64,000 bases of DNA. Origin: a virus. The position numbers and the translations under genes were made by a program. The stretch's first letter is position 1; every line of letters begins with the position of its first letter. Positions 1 to 10,380 of this stretch are shown here, one piece after another. The stretch covers positions 38,120 to 102,119 of the IMG/VR virus record IMGVR_UViG_3300032607_001425; one strand, written 5' to 3'. The notes under the pieces were generated by a model. It made no database searches. It worked only from the letters and a program-made list of their open reading frames with translations, and was not told the DNA's origin.

Positions 1-1207
1 TAGTTGCATGAAGAGCATCGTCTACTCTGTCTTTCTTTTCTTTCATTTCAACTTCAGTATGACCTCCAACATGAATCATAGCTACTCCTCCAATAAGTTT
101 TGCTAACCTGTCTTGTAAGATTTCAATCTCATAAGGTGAAACTGTATTCTCAATTTGCTCTTTCAGCTCTTCGATTCTTTTTGTAATAGCTTCTTCAGTT
201 CCTTTACCATCTACAATGGTAGTGTCATCTTTACCTACTGTTACTTTTCTTGAATTACCAAACCATTGTAAATCAAACTTATCCAACTTCATTCCTTTTT
301 CTTCAGACACAACTGTACCTCCTGTTAGGGCTGCAATGTCCTCAAGCATAGCTTTCTTCTTGTCTCCGAACTCAGGAGCCTTAACTGCTACTACTCTAAG
401 AATTCCCCTCATTTTGTTTACAACTAATGTTGAAAGAGCTTCTCCGTCAATATCATCTGCAATGATAAGTAAGTCTTTGTTTTGTTGCGATACTGATTCT
501 AGTAGTGGAAGTAGTTCTTTGATTGCTTGAATTCTCTTATCTGTGATAAGGATTAAAGGATTGTTGAGTACTGAAGTCATTGTATTGTTGTCTGTAACAA
601 AGTATGGAGATTTGTATCCTCTATTGAATTGCATACCCTCTACAGTCTCAAGATAAGTTTCTCCTGTCTTAGATTCTTCAATAGTTACCAATCCATCTCT
701 ACCAACTTTATCCATTGCTGTTGCAATAAGATTTCCTACTTCTGGATCATTGTTCCCTGAGATTGTTGCTACTTGTTTGATTTGCTCTTCTTCAGTAACT
801 TCTTTTGAGTAATCCTCTCTAAGGTATTTGATTACTGCTTTGGTTGCAATATCAATTCCTCTTTTAATTTCTACCGCATTTGAATTTTCTAGTTCAGATA
901 ATCCTTGGCTATAAATTTCTCTTGCAAGTAATGTTGCTGTGGTAGTTCCATCTCCAGCTAACCTGGCTGATTCTATTGCTACTTGCTTTACAGCTTGTGC
1001 TCCAGTATTTTCAATTGGATCTTCCAATTCTACTTCTTTGGCTACTGTTACACCATCCTTTGTTGAGGTTGGGTTACCTCCTTGTTGTTGAATAAAAACA
1101 TTTCGACCTGATGGTCCTAATGTACATACAACTGCATCTGCTAGTTGGTTTACTCCTGATAGTAATTTCTCTCTAGCTTCTTTTGAAAAACTAATTTGTT
1201 TTGACAT
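1..1207 (-). CDS. groEL: Chaperonin GroEL (runs off the window edge)
   Basis: Not in the ORF track. Manual translation from ATG at 1207 gives [37 protein letters not shown]...[13 protein letters not shown]...[12 protein letters not shown], which are canonical GroEL motifs. Confidence 0.97.
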   Translation of the reverse strand, partial: MSKQISFSKEAREKLLSGVNQLADAVVCTLGPSGRNVFIQQQGGNPTSTKDGVTVAKEVELEDPIENTGAQAVKQVAIESARLAGDGTTTATLLAREIYSQGLSELENSNAVEIKRGIDIATKAVIKYLREDYSKEVTEEEQIKQVATISGNNDPEVGNLIATAMDKVGRDGLVTIEESKTGETYLETVEGMQFNRGYKSPYFVTDNNTMTSVLNNPLILITDKRIQAIKELLPLLESVSQQNKDLLIIADDIDGEALSTLVVNKMRGILRVVAVKAPEFGDKKKAMLEDIAALTGGTVVSEEKGMKLDKFDLQWFGNSRKVTVGKDDTTIVDGKGTEEAITKRIEELKEQIENTVSPYEIEILQDRLAKLIGGVAMIHVGGHTEVEMKEKKDRVDDALHAT

Positions 1208-1263
1208 ACTCTTTTTTAATTAAAACTTTTTAATAATATAACTAATATTTCTCTAATATACAA

Positions 1264-1899
1264 CTAAATAAATTCCATTGTTGATTTATTTTTATTTCTA
1301 CCTGATAGCCAGGCTTGTAAAGTTGCTGGTAGTACTCCTATTGCTTTTGCTGCTGCTCGAACTGTCTCATAAACCTGTTCTGTCTCTGTATCCCGAACTG
1401 CTCTTGCACTTGGATTATTTGCTCCTTTCCAACTCTCTGCACCAGTCTTTGCCATCCTTATCTCTCGAAACTTCTGCCTTGTTATTTCTGAAGGTTTATT
1501 TCCTTTAAGTGAGTTTGATAGGTTCTTTTTATGCTCTTCTGTTCTTGGAGGCTTCTTCTTACCTCTATTACCATCTCCTATTCTATTTGCTGTTTCTTGT
1601 GAGCAGTGTCCAGTTCTATCGTTTGTTTGAGTCAGTCGAAGATTTAATCCACCCTCTCCCAGTACGTTAAAGAAATCTTGCCAGTGTCTCTCACGGACGT
1701 TCAATTGATCTATCTCACACTCTTCCACTACTTCAAAGATATGCTCAGAGAAACCATATTTTACTAGTGAAACATATAGCTTTTTTTGATTTTTGCAACT
1801 CTGTAGGTGGCTGTATTCTCGTCGTCTCTTTTTTAGGTTGACCGATTGTCCAATATAAACTTTTCCACTTGGACTTGTAATTTTGTAAATTCCTACCAT
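1264..1899 (-). CDS. GIY-YIG homing endonuclease with NUMOD/HTH C-terminus, between groES and groEL
   Basis: N-terminal GIYKIT...VYIGQS motif, then a NUMOD3-like segment and an HTH tail. Confidence 0.9.
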   Translation of the reverse strand: MVGIYKITSPSGKVYIGQSVNLKKRRREYSHLQSCKNQKKLYVSLVKYGFSEHIFEVVEECEIDQLNVRERHWQDFFNVLGEGGLNLRLTQTNDRTGHCSQETANRIGDGNRGKKKPPRTEEHKKNLSNSLKGNKPSEITRQKFREIRMAKTGAESWKGANNPSARAVRDTETEQVYETVRAAAKAIGVLPATLQAWLSGRNKNKSTMEFI

Positions 1900-2001
1900 A
1901 ATAAAAAAAGCTTAGGCTTTCAAGATTGGAGACTCTACTTGCCATAAGCTTTAGTTGATATTTTCTTTAAATATGTAGCTCCAATTCTACGTATATAAAT
2001 A
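1900..2001 (-). ncRNA. Endonuclease leader RNA family A, copy 1 (kissing-loop hairpin pair)
   Basis: Minus strand: short hairpin GTAG/CTAC with loop ATTGGAG; long stem AAAGCTTATGGC...GCCTAAGCTTT with loop CTCCAAT; then a U tract and the ATG. Confidence 0.75.
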
Positions 2002-2027
2002 GCAACTTTTTGTAGAAACCTACCAAA

Positions 2028-2330
2028 CTACTCTGCCTTCCTAATGGTAGCAAGGATTTCTCTGTCTGGTGTAATGAAGTACTCTTGACCTTCAAAGTCA
2101 ATACGAATGGTTCCTATCTTAGGAATCAATACAATGTCTCCTACTTTAGCTTCTACTCTAATAAATTGTCCAAATTCAGACTGGCGTCCTGGACCTACGG
2201 AAACTACTTCACCCATTTCTGGTCTTTCTTTTCCCATGTCTGGAATGATAATACTTCCAAACCTTTCTTCTCCTGACTCTACAGGCTTAACGATAACTCT
2301 ATCGCTGTTTGCTGATAACTGTTGTGACAT
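2028..2330 (-). CDS. groES: Co-chaperonin GroES
   Basis: DRVIVKP...IIIPD..KERPEMGEVVSVGPG...KVGDIV motifs; adjacent to groEL. Confidence 0.95.
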   Translation of the reverse strand: MSQQLSANSDRVIVKPVESGEERFGSIIIPDMGKERPEMGEVVSVGPGRQSEFGQFIRVEAKVGDIVLIPKIGTIRIDFEGQEYFITPDREILATIRKAE

Positions 2331-2394
2331 AAACTGATTTTAATTTAAAACTTATTTCTATTAATATAACAATAAATAGTACGTGAGACAACTT

Positions 2395-4767
2395 CTAATG
2401 TCCTTCAGCAAAGTTATTTGCTAATTGTGGTGGTGCTTTTAATGTTACTCCTGGTAGTTGTGTTGTTAGTTCCATTAACTCTTTTACGTATGGCATAAAC
2501 ATTTCTGCTTGATCTTCTCTTACGTTTATAATTAACTGGTCATGAATTTGAGCTTGCACTCTTGCATCTACTCCTAACTCTTTTGCCTTTCTGTTAATTT
2601 GAATTGCTGCTCTGTTTACAACCGCTGCTGCTAGACTCTGTAATTGAAAATTTAAACAGTTATTGATTCCATTTCGATAATCCATGTACATTTTGTTGAC
2701 TGGATCTTTTCCATATCTACTCTCTAGATCTTTTCTAAATCTCCAATCCAATACCTGATCTCCAAACTTTTCAAAGATCTGTTTTACTTTTGGTAAATGT
2801 CTAATCCTTCCTACTTTATTTGTAACAAATCCATGAGTCTTTGCTTGGTTACGTGAAGCAATCATCCATTCTCTTAGTTGTGGGAATCCACTTAAGTATC
2901 CTTCGACCAATTTATCTCCTTCCTTAGCAGAGATTCCCAATGTCATTGCTAATGCATATCCTGACATTCCATATGCTACTCCTAAAGAGTATGACTTTGC
3001 TTGTTGTCTTTTGACTGGATCTAGTTTTTTTAGAAAGATTGGTGACTTGGTATCTGGTGATACTCCGTTTGGATACCTTAGTGTATTTTGATCTAACTTT
3101 TCTGTCTTGATTGCAATTGTAGAATAAAAGTCCCATCCATTGTTAAAAATATCCTGCAGTCCTTTATCTCCTGATACACTTGCAAAGCAGTGAGGTTCTA
3201 ATGAAGTATAGTCATTATCAATCAACTTTCTACCTTCCCCAGCAATTAGAAATTCTCTTACTACATTTGTGTAATGTACAAGTAGTGCAGTTTCTTCTCC
3301 CTCCTCTTTTGGCTTTGGAAGTTGTTGAGCATCTGAACCGTAACGTCCTGATACTGTTCCATTTTGCTTGTAGTAAAAATAGTATCGTCCATCCTCTTGT
3401 CCGTCTAAGAATCTATCAATGTATGTTGATTTGATCTTAACTAATTTATTGTACGTTCTAAGATTATTGGCCCACTCATACGTCTTAGCAAGCTCCTCTA
3501 ACATATCCATATCAAATTGGTCTTGACCTTTCTTTGTTTGAGTAAGTGGTTTGATTCCCATATACTTAAATGCAATCTCACCTAAGTGTTTCTTTGATTG
3601 GATGTTTAAGTACACTCCCTCATTCTCATCTTTCCACATTGACATAGAAATTCTAACAACTTCCATTTGATCTAATAAACTTAGATCTCCTGTTTGAAGG
3701 AATTGTTTTATGTTATCGTCGTCTAGGTTGTCGATGTCTTTTTTTGCTAAAGAATATTTCTTTGTTTTCTCACTTCTTGGTAATGGTAGTGAGTACATCA
3801 TTGCTAAGTTCTGAGCCCAGTTACCTCTATGTGAAGGTGGATACGTTGCTAGTGCTGTATCTACTACCCATTCTTTTGCTTCTGGAATTGCTAGGATGCT
3901 GTCTATTACAATTTTCTTGTTTGCTTCTAAATCTCTTATGATATCCTCTTTGGTCTTTTCCAATAGTGGAAGATCCAATGCTACTCCTAACTCTTCCATT
4001 GGAACAGTAACTTCTCTGTAAAGAGGCATTACTTCTTCCTCAAAGAAAAAAGTTTCTAGGTTTTCTTGTCTTAAAACTTTTAAGAAATGATTACAAACTC
4101 TAAGAGTCAAATCGGTATCGGCTGCTGCATACTTGGATAAAATCTCCATATCTGCTTTGAAGATCTCGTAGTTGTCTTTTGTAATAGATCCTCCATTCTT
4201 TTTAATAGACTCCTTAAGCTCTACCTGTTCTTTGTTGGCTGCTTGTTGTACATCCAATCCAATCTCTTCTTGAATAGAAATTGCCAGTGCCTTTAGTCCA
4301 AACACTCCCATACCTGCTCCTTCTTCTTGTACTGTATGAACAAGTAGTGCTGTATCAACCCAAAGATCTTCTAATAGAGATACTCCGTAGTAGTTTTTAG
4401 TATAACGGCAGTCAAAAGAAGCATTGTGCATTACCAGCTTCTTGCCCTTGAGCAGCGGGAGTAGCTTCTTAGTAATACCATGTGCTCCTTTGCCGCCAAT
4501 GATACATTCCTCTAATTGATTTGTTTCGTTATTCCATTTCTGAGTTGGGAGGTAAAATCCTATTCCTTCTTCACCTGATACAGACCATCCTACAATAGAT
4601 CCTTTTCTTACATTTAACCCATCTGTTTCTGTATCATAAGCAATAACCTCAGACTGATTGATATGTTCGATAAGAAGGTTGACTGTGTCGATACTGTCAA
4701 CGTGGTAGTATTTTTTTTCTATTTGCATAACCTTTTTATATTTGTAATAAGATACAAAAAGAGTCAC
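2395..4767 (-). CDS. polA: Family A DNA polymerase with 3'-5' exonuclease domain
   Basis: ExoI DTET, HNASFD, YAAADT; polymerase motifs DYTSLE, AKSYSLGVAYG, QIHDQL. The true start may be the later MQIEKK. Confidence 0.93.
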   Translation of the reverse strand: MTLFVSYYKYKKVMQIEKKYYHVDSIDTVNLLIEHINQSEVIAYDTETDGLNVRKGSIVGWSVSGEEGIGFYLPTQKWNNETNQLEECIIGGKGAHGITKKLLPLLKGKKLVMHNASFDCRYTKNYYGVSLLEDLWVDTALLVHTVQEEGAGMGVFGLKALAISIQEEIGLDVQQAANKEQVELKESIKKNGGSITKDNYEIFKADMEILSKYAAADTDLTLRVCNHFLKVLRQENLETFFFEEEVMPLYREVTVPMEELGVALDLPLLEKTKEDIIRDLEANKKIVIDSILAIPEAKEWVVDTALATYPPSHRGNWAQNLAMMYSLPLPRSEKTKKYSLAKKDIDNLDDDNIKQFLQTGDLSLLDQMEVVRISMSMWKDENEGVYLNIQSKKHLGEIAFKYMGIKPLTQTKKGQDQFDMDMLEELAKTYEWANNLRTYNKLVKIKSTYIDRFLDGQEDGRYYFYYKQNGTVSGRYGSDAQQLPKPKEEGEETALLVHYTNVVREFLIAGEGRKLIDNDYTSLEPHCFASVSGDKGLQDIFNNGWDFYSTIAIKTEKLDQNTLRYPNGVSPDTKSPIFLKKLDPVKRQQAKSYSLGVAYGMSGYALAMTLGISAKEGDKLVEGYLSGFPQLREWMIASRNQAKTHGFVTNKVGRIRHLPKVKQIFEKFGDQVLDWRFRKDLESRYGKDPVNKMYMDYRNGINNCLNFQLQSLAAAVVNRAAIQINRKAKELGVDARVQAQIHDQLIINVREDQAEMFMPYVKELMELTTQLPGVTLKAPPQLANNFAEGH

Positions 4768-4794
4768 ATTTCTGCAACTCTTTTTCTATTTATT

Positions 4795-4986
4795 TTACTC
4801 TGGATTGTTCGTTAAATCAGCATCGAGAATGCTGTTATGTAGATCAGACACTATACTATCTAGTGATTCTAACATTTTTACATTACTTGCTGTTTGCATA
4901 GCCTGTAATGCCACTGCTAACGGAACCATCTGCACTCCTTGTACATCCTGTGCACTTGCCTGTAGGTATTGTTCTAACTCTTCCAT
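4795..4986 (-). CDS. Hypothetical protein
   Basis: Small ORF co-oriented with and overlapping the upstream gene. Confidence 0.6.
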   Translation of the reverse strand: MEELEQYLQASAQDVQGVQMVPLAVALQAMQTASNVKMLESLDSIVSDLHNSILDADLTNNPE

Positions 4987-5771
4987 ACTGCTGTCTTATG
5001 TGCTTGGTTGAGTAAAAACTGTACATTACTCTCAATTAGTTCACGATTAACACTTGACATATCAAACGTCTCTAAGAAGTTATGAGGTGTAGGGGTGCGT
5101 GTTGTATGATCTTTTGTAAAATCCTGTCCTAGAGACGCTGCAAACACTGGATATACTGAGTCAGTACTCCTCATCATTGGATGATCATAGTATGCGAACT
5201 CTGTTGGATCTCCTTGTCCTAAACAGTGAATAGGCTTTACTAATAATCCTTTTTCCTTCAAGTAATCATATGCCATGTGACGTGCTTCCTTAATTCCTTG
5301 ATCGTCTGTATAATTTTCTAGGAATACATTTGGTACTGCTATTTTTGAAAATCCTATTATATCAATCCAACTTTGGTTTATTGCCCAGTTGTATGCATTC
5401 AACCATGCTTCTTTAGTCTCTCCTTGTGGACAGAAAAAGATATCAATCGTTCCTAACAATCCTTCTTGCTCCATACGATCTCTAAACATTCTCGCATTAG
5501 CAATTGTATCCTCTTTATTAAATAAAACGTCTGGTGCTATTACTTCGTCAGGCATTAACTCTCTACAGATTTCAATTAAGATATCTTCTGTTACCAATGC
5601 TCTTTCAGCTGCTGAGTTATCTAATGTAATGAACTTTCCTTGCTCTTTTTGATCTAGGATAAATGCTCTGTACTCTGGAAACTGAACCCATAAGTGAGCC
5701 AATGCGAAGATGCGATCTCCCAACTTCATTGGCTCTAAGTCACTTACTGGTGATATTACGTATACGTCCAT
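4974..5771 (-). CDS. TGT-fold DpdA-like (probably DpdA3-type) 7-deazaguanine insertion/nucleotide enzyme
   Basis: LDNSAAE, PDVL, PQG, HCLG and RSTDS motifs typical of TGT/DpdA TIM barrels; lies within the folE/queD/queE cluster next to polA. Confidence 0.65.
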   Translation of the reverse strand: MDVYVISPVSDLEPMKLGDRIFALAHLWVQFPEYRAFILDQKEQGKFITLDNSAAERALVTEDILIEICRELMPDEVIAPDVLFNKEDTIANARMFRDRMEQEGLLGTIDIFFCPQGETKEAWLNAYNWAINQSWIDIIGFSKIAVPNVFLENYTDDQGIKEARHMAYDYLKEKGLLVKPIHCLGQGDPTEFAYYDHPMMRSTDSVYPVFAASLGQDFTKDHTTRTPTPHNFLETFDMSSVNRELIESNVQFLLNQAHKTAVWKS

Positions 5772-5774
5772 TAT

Positions 5775-6530
5775 TTATTTTTTTAATTGTTTATATTCAT
5801 ATATTTGCTTTACCATACTAAAAAAATCCTGTTCTGGCAAATCCATTTTCATTTTATTAATGTGCTTATGAACCCACTGTATATTTCCTAGTACATATCC
5901 CTGCTTTGAGTCTATCCTATCAAGAGAAGCTGTGCTAATCTCCTTTGCTCCAAGAGTTCCTTTACCCTTGTCTGAAAATTCTATCTGCATATTTGATATA
6001 GCACATCGTCTGTTTTGTTGTTCGTACAGCTCATACAAATACTGTGGAGTTACTAGCCATTGCTTCTTTCTTAATCTAGCACCCTGTTCGTAACGTCTTA
6101 TATCTCCCATTGGTATACATCCTACTTTTTCTACTAGATACTTTTGCAATCTACACTTTTCACACTGTGTTGATAAGCCTCTTGTTATGTGAGATGTTCT
6201 AATATGCTTTTCTGTTCCACAGTCGCATCTACAATTGTACTGACGTTCTAGTATATTTCCATTCTTCCTATATAGAAGTGTATAGTCGTTCACGTCTATT
6301 ACAGTCCACTTTCCAAAGCGTTTTCCAGTTACAATTCCTGCTTTTGGCTTTTTTGCATAGCAGGAGGTGCATTGCTTAGTAACTCCTCTTAGTAGGTCTG
6401 TTTGTCGTTGTTGTTTAGTAAATCCACAATCACAGATACAATCAATCTTTTGAGCTGTGTGTGTTTGCGTAACTGTCCAATGCCAGAAGCGATCTCCTGC
6501 TTGCACTTTAATAGTAGAAATATCAGCCAT
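5775..6530 (-). CDS. Putative HNH-type homing endonuclease with repeated CxCxCG domains
   Basis: Two WTV...CxCDCG repeats; C-terminal SLDRIDS..GY..GNIQWVH..IN.MK. Confidence 0.75.
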   Translation of the reverse strand: MADISTIKVQAGDRFWHWTVTQTHTAQKIDCICDCGFTKQQRQTDLLRGVTKQCTSCYAKKPKAGIVTGKRFGKWTVIDVNDYTLLYRKNGNILERQYNCRCDCGTEKHIRTSHITRGLSTQCEKCRLQKYLVEKVGCIPMGDIRRYEQGARLRKKQWLVTPQYLYELYEQQNRRCAISNMQIEFSDKGKGTLGAKEISTASLDRIDSKQGYVLGNIQWVHKHINKMKMDLPEQDFFSMVKQIYEYKQLKK

Positions 6531-6580
6531 AGTTATAGTATTTTATTATAAATATAGCCAATATTCCTAAAGCAAGATTT

Positions 6581-7231
6581 TTACAGTCTTGAGTTTTCAA
6601 TCAAACTAAAAAACTCTTGGCGAGTGCCTATCTCATTGGTGTAGAAGTATTGGGATAGTTGAGATGTTTTCATTACACTTTCGTGATTCAAACCTCTACA
6701 TCTTACACAATTATGCTGACTCTCAATAACTACTGCCACTCCTCTGTTACCAATACACAGCTTATCGACGTGGTCGTGGATCTGCTTTGTAAGCGATTCC
6801 TGAACTTGTGGTCTGCGGCTGTAGAAGTCTACAATACGGTTCAACTTACTTAGTCCAATAACCTGATCTGTCTTTCCAGTTCCTGGGATGTATGCAACAT
6901 GGGCCAATCCCAAAAATTGTAAATTATGGTGTCCACACATACTTATTACAGGAATTCGAGTCTGACAGATAAGTCCTGTGTACCCTTCATCGTTAGGGAA
7001 GCTAGTAATAACTGGCTCGGCACTTACACTACCTGCAATAAGATCATTGATCCAAGCCTTTGCTACTCTCTTTGGAGTATTGGCTGAGTGTGGATCTTTT
7101 TCCCAATCAAATCCCAAAGCATTTAAAAACTGTCCATAGTAGATAGCTGCTTGGTCAATCATTTGGAGTTTCTCTTCTGCTGTACGTGGCATGTTTCCAT
7201 TTGCCTTCTGTAACAATTCTAACTGTTTCAT
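6581..7231 (-). CDS. folE: GTP cyclohydrolase I
   Basis: [39 protein letters not shown]. Confidence 0.95.
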   Translation of the reverse strand: MKQLELLQKANGNMPRTAEEKLQMIDQAAIYYGQFLNALGFDWEKDPHSANTPKRVAKAWINDLIAGSVSAEPVITSFPNDEGYTGLICQTRIPVISMCGHHNLQFLGLAHVAYIPGTGKTDQVIGLSKLNRIVDFYSRRPQVQESLTKQIHDHVDKLCIGNRGVAVVIESQHNCVRCRGLNHESVMKTSQLSQYFYTNEIGTRQEFFSLIENSRL

Positions 7232-7236
7232 ATAAC

Positions 7237-7710
7237 TTATATTTTGTTTTGTTCTTTTAATATACTAAATAATTCTGATAATCCCAACTCATTATCTCTT
7301 TTTTCTGCTTCTTCGAATGTTAAAGTATCTTTTGGATCTTTACGAGCTTCAAACCTTCTTTTACGCTCTGCACTACTAACCTCCAACCATTTGTATTCTA
7401 ACTCTACGTTCTTAAACTGCTCAGTAAGCCATCGTTCAATTGGTTGTAAAACTGTATACTGTCTGATTCCATCTATGATGTAACACTCTGGTGATCCTTC
7501 AGCGTAGGCCATGTAGTTCCAGATAGTCTTAACTATTTCATCTACAATTCTAGTATCAAGATGCTTGGAATTTTGTAACACCTCTCTATCCTCAGATTGC
7601 ATTAATTCCTTAACAAAATCTGAAACTATTAGCTTTACTGAATGCTCGTCGTTGTGGTTGTATGTGCTCTTGCCTGAGCATATCTCTCCAAATAAAAATA
7701 CTACTTTCAT
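7237..7710 (-). CDS. P-loop nucleoside monophosphate kinase-like protein
   Basis: GEICSGKST Walker A, IIDGIR and an ERKRRF lid. Confidence 0.7.
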   Translation of the reverse strand: MKVVFLFGEICSGKSTYNHNDEHSVKLIVSDFVKELMQSEDREVLQNSKHLDTRIVDEIVKTIWNYMAYAEGSPECYIIDGIRQYTVLQPIERWLTEQFKNVELEYKWLEVSSAERKRRFEARKDPKDTLTFEEAEKRDNELGLSELFSILKEQNKI

Positions 7711-8051
7711 TATTTCTCAACTATTCCAAAGAACTCTCCGTCTTCTGACACTGAGCACTTATCTAGGTTAAACTGTACTAGTAAATCCTCTGCAATATGC
7801 TCACAAGACATGCTTCCAAAGTTACAGCAGCTATATGTAGCATCGTACCACTTCTCTTGTATGTACGATCTAATTTTGTGCTTAAAATCAATAAACTCTG
7901 TTTCTCTATTTGAGTGACCTACTTCCAGCATGCATGCTACTTGGAATGTATGTCTGTGTGGATATTTTAGGTACTGTACATTTGGTAGATTACAATCATC
8001 CCAACAGTGTAGTCCTTCTATATCAATTCTTACTTCTATACTTTTTTTCAT
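7710..8051 (-). CDS. dpdL: QueD-paralog T-fold protein, DpdL-like (predicted CDG decarboxylase)
   Basis: Internal ATG at 8051 (MKKSIEV); LKYPHRHTF fits the LxxxHRHxF signature; also RETEF, SCEHIAE and VSEDGE. Confidence 0.7.
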   Translation of the reverse strand: MKKSIEVRIDIEGLHCWDDCNLPNVQYLKYPHRHTFQVACMLEVGHSNRETEFIDFKHKIRSYIQEKWYDATYSCCNFGSMSCEHIAEDLLVQFNLDKCSVSEDGEFFGIVEK

Positions 8052-8657
8052 AATATTTCCTTTATACTTTCTTATTTTTAAATTTTCTTCCCAACTAATA
8101 AATCGTAGGTTGGTTAAATCTGATACTTGTTCGGGAGTCCATCCTTCGTACCAGCAGTCTATTATTGGTCTTATGTGGTCAATTTGATATGCTCCAGGTA
8201 TTCCTGCCCTACCTCTTTTATCCTCAACATACCCTTCTATCTGCTCCTTTACTCGTTCAGTAAGTACCACTACTCTATTACGAAACTGCTTATAAGTTTG
8301 TTGTGTATTGTGATACTTAAATTTACCATAATTTGGATTACGATCTCCTGCAGTACCTCCACTAAGCTGCTTAGTTTGTTTAATTTTCTCCCTAGTCACT
8401 TCATCCCTAGGCACTCCCCTATTCCATGCAGGCTTACCTTTACTTGGATTATTTTGAAGAAACCTTTGAGACTGTTTAAGTACTGCTTCAGGATCTGACC
8501 ATCGTTTATTATTACTTGCCGTTGTTGCACAGCTTTTGCATACCCGACCTTCTTTTTCAAACCGCTTAGCAGTGTCATCTGCTCTTTTTTGGCTATGTAA
8601 TGATGTATTTTGAATTAAACTCCTACAGTCACTGCATATTCTACTTGATTTGTACAT
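8052..8657 (-). CDS. HNH endonuclease reading in-frame, without a stop, into the DpdL-like gene
   Basis: Probable start MYKSSRICSDC just after a TATTTATA motif; CxxC pairs, PAWNRG NUMOD-like segment, YQIDHIRP...NLRFISWEEN. Confidence 0.7.
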
Positions 8658-8712
8658 ACTATCTTTTAGTATAAATAGTAGGGAATTCACATTAACCGTT
8701 ATATGGAACAGG

Positions 8713-9192
8713 TTACTTGTAGTCCTTTTCTCCCAACCATTGACCGTTGTAGGCCTCTGCATCGTTATTATCAAATACGATAATTTGGGCCACTCTTGCG
8801 CCTTTTTCTATTGTAATTGGTCGAGTTGCAATAAGTACTGCTCCCATTTCATCCACATAGAAAGATGGATCATAAACTCCTGACGTAATGGTTGCTCCAC
8901 ATCTTAGAACACTTGATCTGTGTCTGATGAAAGCTGTCTTGTTACTTGGAAGTTTTACTCCTTGTTCGAATGTTAGGCTGTAGCTTCCTGGACTAAGATT
9001 ATATACTATTTTACCTTCTTTGGTAAAGGTTGGTACTTCTAGGTACGGCAATACTACAGTCTTATCTGAGGATACTGTTCCTCCTACAATCTGCTTAACT
9101 TCTTTCAGAGTTAGATCATAACCTACTTGAGCTTTCGCCCCTTTACCATTTGCCTGTAGAAGCTGTTCTACTTGGTTTGCGTTGTTTAGCAT
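8713..9192 (-). CDS. Trimeric dUTPase/dCTP deaminase family protein
   Basis: GYDLTL, RSSVLRCG, YDPSF and GARVAQI motifs. Confidence 0.85.
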   Translation of the reverse strand: MLNNANQVEQLLQANGKGAKAQVGYDLTLKEVKQIVGGTVSSDKTVVLPYLEVPTFTKEGKIVYNLSPGSYSLTFEQGVKLPSNKTAFIRHRSSVLRCGATITSGVYDPSFYVDEMGAVLIATRPITIEKGARVAQIIVFDNNDAEAYNGQWLGEKDYK

Positions 9193-9243
9193 AACTTTAT
9201 TTTTTTACTAATATACAAAGAAGCCTCCGAAGAGGCAACTTTT

Positions 9244-9444
9244 TTATTCGATTATTTTAATAATTTTTGTCTGAGCTACTCGAATTACTTCGAAGTTGCT
9301 CTCTCCTTCAAACTCTTTATAGATCTTACTTTCTGCTTCTGTTGCTGAAACTGCATCTACTATATACTGCTCGTTTACTCTTTGTACTTTTCCCTTATCA
9401 CTTTCGTGCTGTAACTGTACCGTTACTTGCCAATAATTGTTCAT
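9244..9444 (-). CDS. DUF4494-like protein (Bacteroidota)
   Basis: W.V.V...KG.VQRVNEQYIVDAVSATEAE pattern. Confidence 0.65.
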   Translation of the reverse strand: MNNYWQVTVQLQHESDKGKVQRVNEQYIVDAVSATEAESKIYKEFEGESNFEVIRVAQTKIIKIIE

Positions 9445-9460
9445 GTTTATTTAATTTTAG

Positions 9461-9865
9461 TTATTTTTTTAAGTAATCTTGAATTGCTTCTGAGTCCTTT
9501 CTTTCCCATGGATAAATTATCCACTCATCCCCTTGGTGCACTTCTGCAAACATGCTTGGTGTAAATACTGATGTGTGAGGTTTATAATGGAGAACTGCTG
9601 TTGGAACTCCTTGCACTAGTGCTTTTAACGTTTCTCCTGTATCACAAATATCATCTATGACCAATGTACTTGCATTAATAGATTCTACGTAAGGAATGTT
9701 CAGTCTGTGTGAGATCATTACTGCTGGTACCAATCCTCCTCTTTCAATTCCTGTTACACTTTTTATGTCAGGTCCTACTCTCTGAATTGTAATACATAGT
9801 TTGTTTACTAGTTCATCTACGTCATCCCAACTTAGATAAATTTTATTACCTGCTTTTAATGCCAT
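9461..9865 (-). CDS. Purine phosphoribosyltransferase (Gpt/XGPRT-like)
   Basis: LSWDDV, ERGGLVPA, PRPP-binding loop LVIDDICDTGETL, WIIYPWE. Confidence 0.88.
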   Translation of the reverse strand: MALKAGNKIYLSWDDVDELVNKLCITIQRVGPDIKSVTGIERGGLVPAVMISHRLNIPYVESINASTLVIDDICDTGETLKALVQGVPTAVLHYKPHTSVFTPSMFAEVHQGDEWIIYPWERKDSEAIQDYLKK

Positions 9866-10143
9866 TACACTTTTGCTATTGTAATACCTTCTACTCCTGT
9901 AATAACAATCTCTCCTACTGCTAATTGTATTGTATCGTTTTGAAGTTCTGCTGTAACATACTTTACTAGTTCCTGTACCGATACTTTATCTTTGAATCCA
10001 GCTTTGCTTGAATTGCTTACAATTAGTTCTAAGTTTGTAGCATCTATTAATTTGTAATCCCAGATGTAAAGTCCATCTGCTTTAGGATATGATTTTAAAA
10101 GGTCTCTGTCTTGTGCTAAATTAATTAGGTCTTGTAACGTCAT
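9865..10143 (-). CDS. Hypothetical protein
   Basis: Coupled ORF in operon. Confidence 0.6.
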   Translation of the reverse strand: MTLQDLINLAQDRDLLKSYPKADGLYIWDYKLIDATNLELIVSNSSKAGFKDKVSVQELVKYVTAELQNDTIQLAVGEIVITGVEGITIAKV

Positions 10144-10149
10144 TTTTAT

Positions 10150-10380
10150 TTATTTAATTGTGTATTTGGTTTTACCGTCTTGTGTTTGTGCTTTTATTTC
10201 TCCATTTGCTAGAACTGTTAGTTCTAGTTCAAACTCTTCTTTTAAAAGCCTCTTTACTGTAACAATGTTCATTGCCCTGTGCTTCCACATAGTGTGGAAT
10301 ACTCTTAATGTTTCCTCTGCATTTGCTTTTCTCATTACACTTCTCTTTGGTCCTGAAATGCAATTATGTGAGGTCTCCAA
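10150..10380 (-). CDS. Hypothetical protein (start probably at MRKANAEE)
   Basis: Coupled ORF in operon. Confidence 0.55.
   Translation of the reverse strand: METSHNCISGPKRSVMRKANAEETLRVFHTMWKHRAMNIVTVKRLLKEEFELELTVLANGEIKAQTQDGKTKYTIK

Noticed and set aside
1745-1945. 66-aa minus-strand ORF starting inside leader A copy 1 as a leader peptide
   Set aside because: It overlaps the GIY-YIG gene out of frame, and the ATG is not conserved in copy 3 (ATAGGC).
1900-2001. Hammerhead, twister or HDV-like ribozyme, or lysine riboswitch, as the identity of leader family A
   Set aside because: No CUGAnGA core or other catalytic consensus was recognised. It shares loop-E and kissing-loop elements with the lysine riboswitch but is far smaller and lacks the junction.
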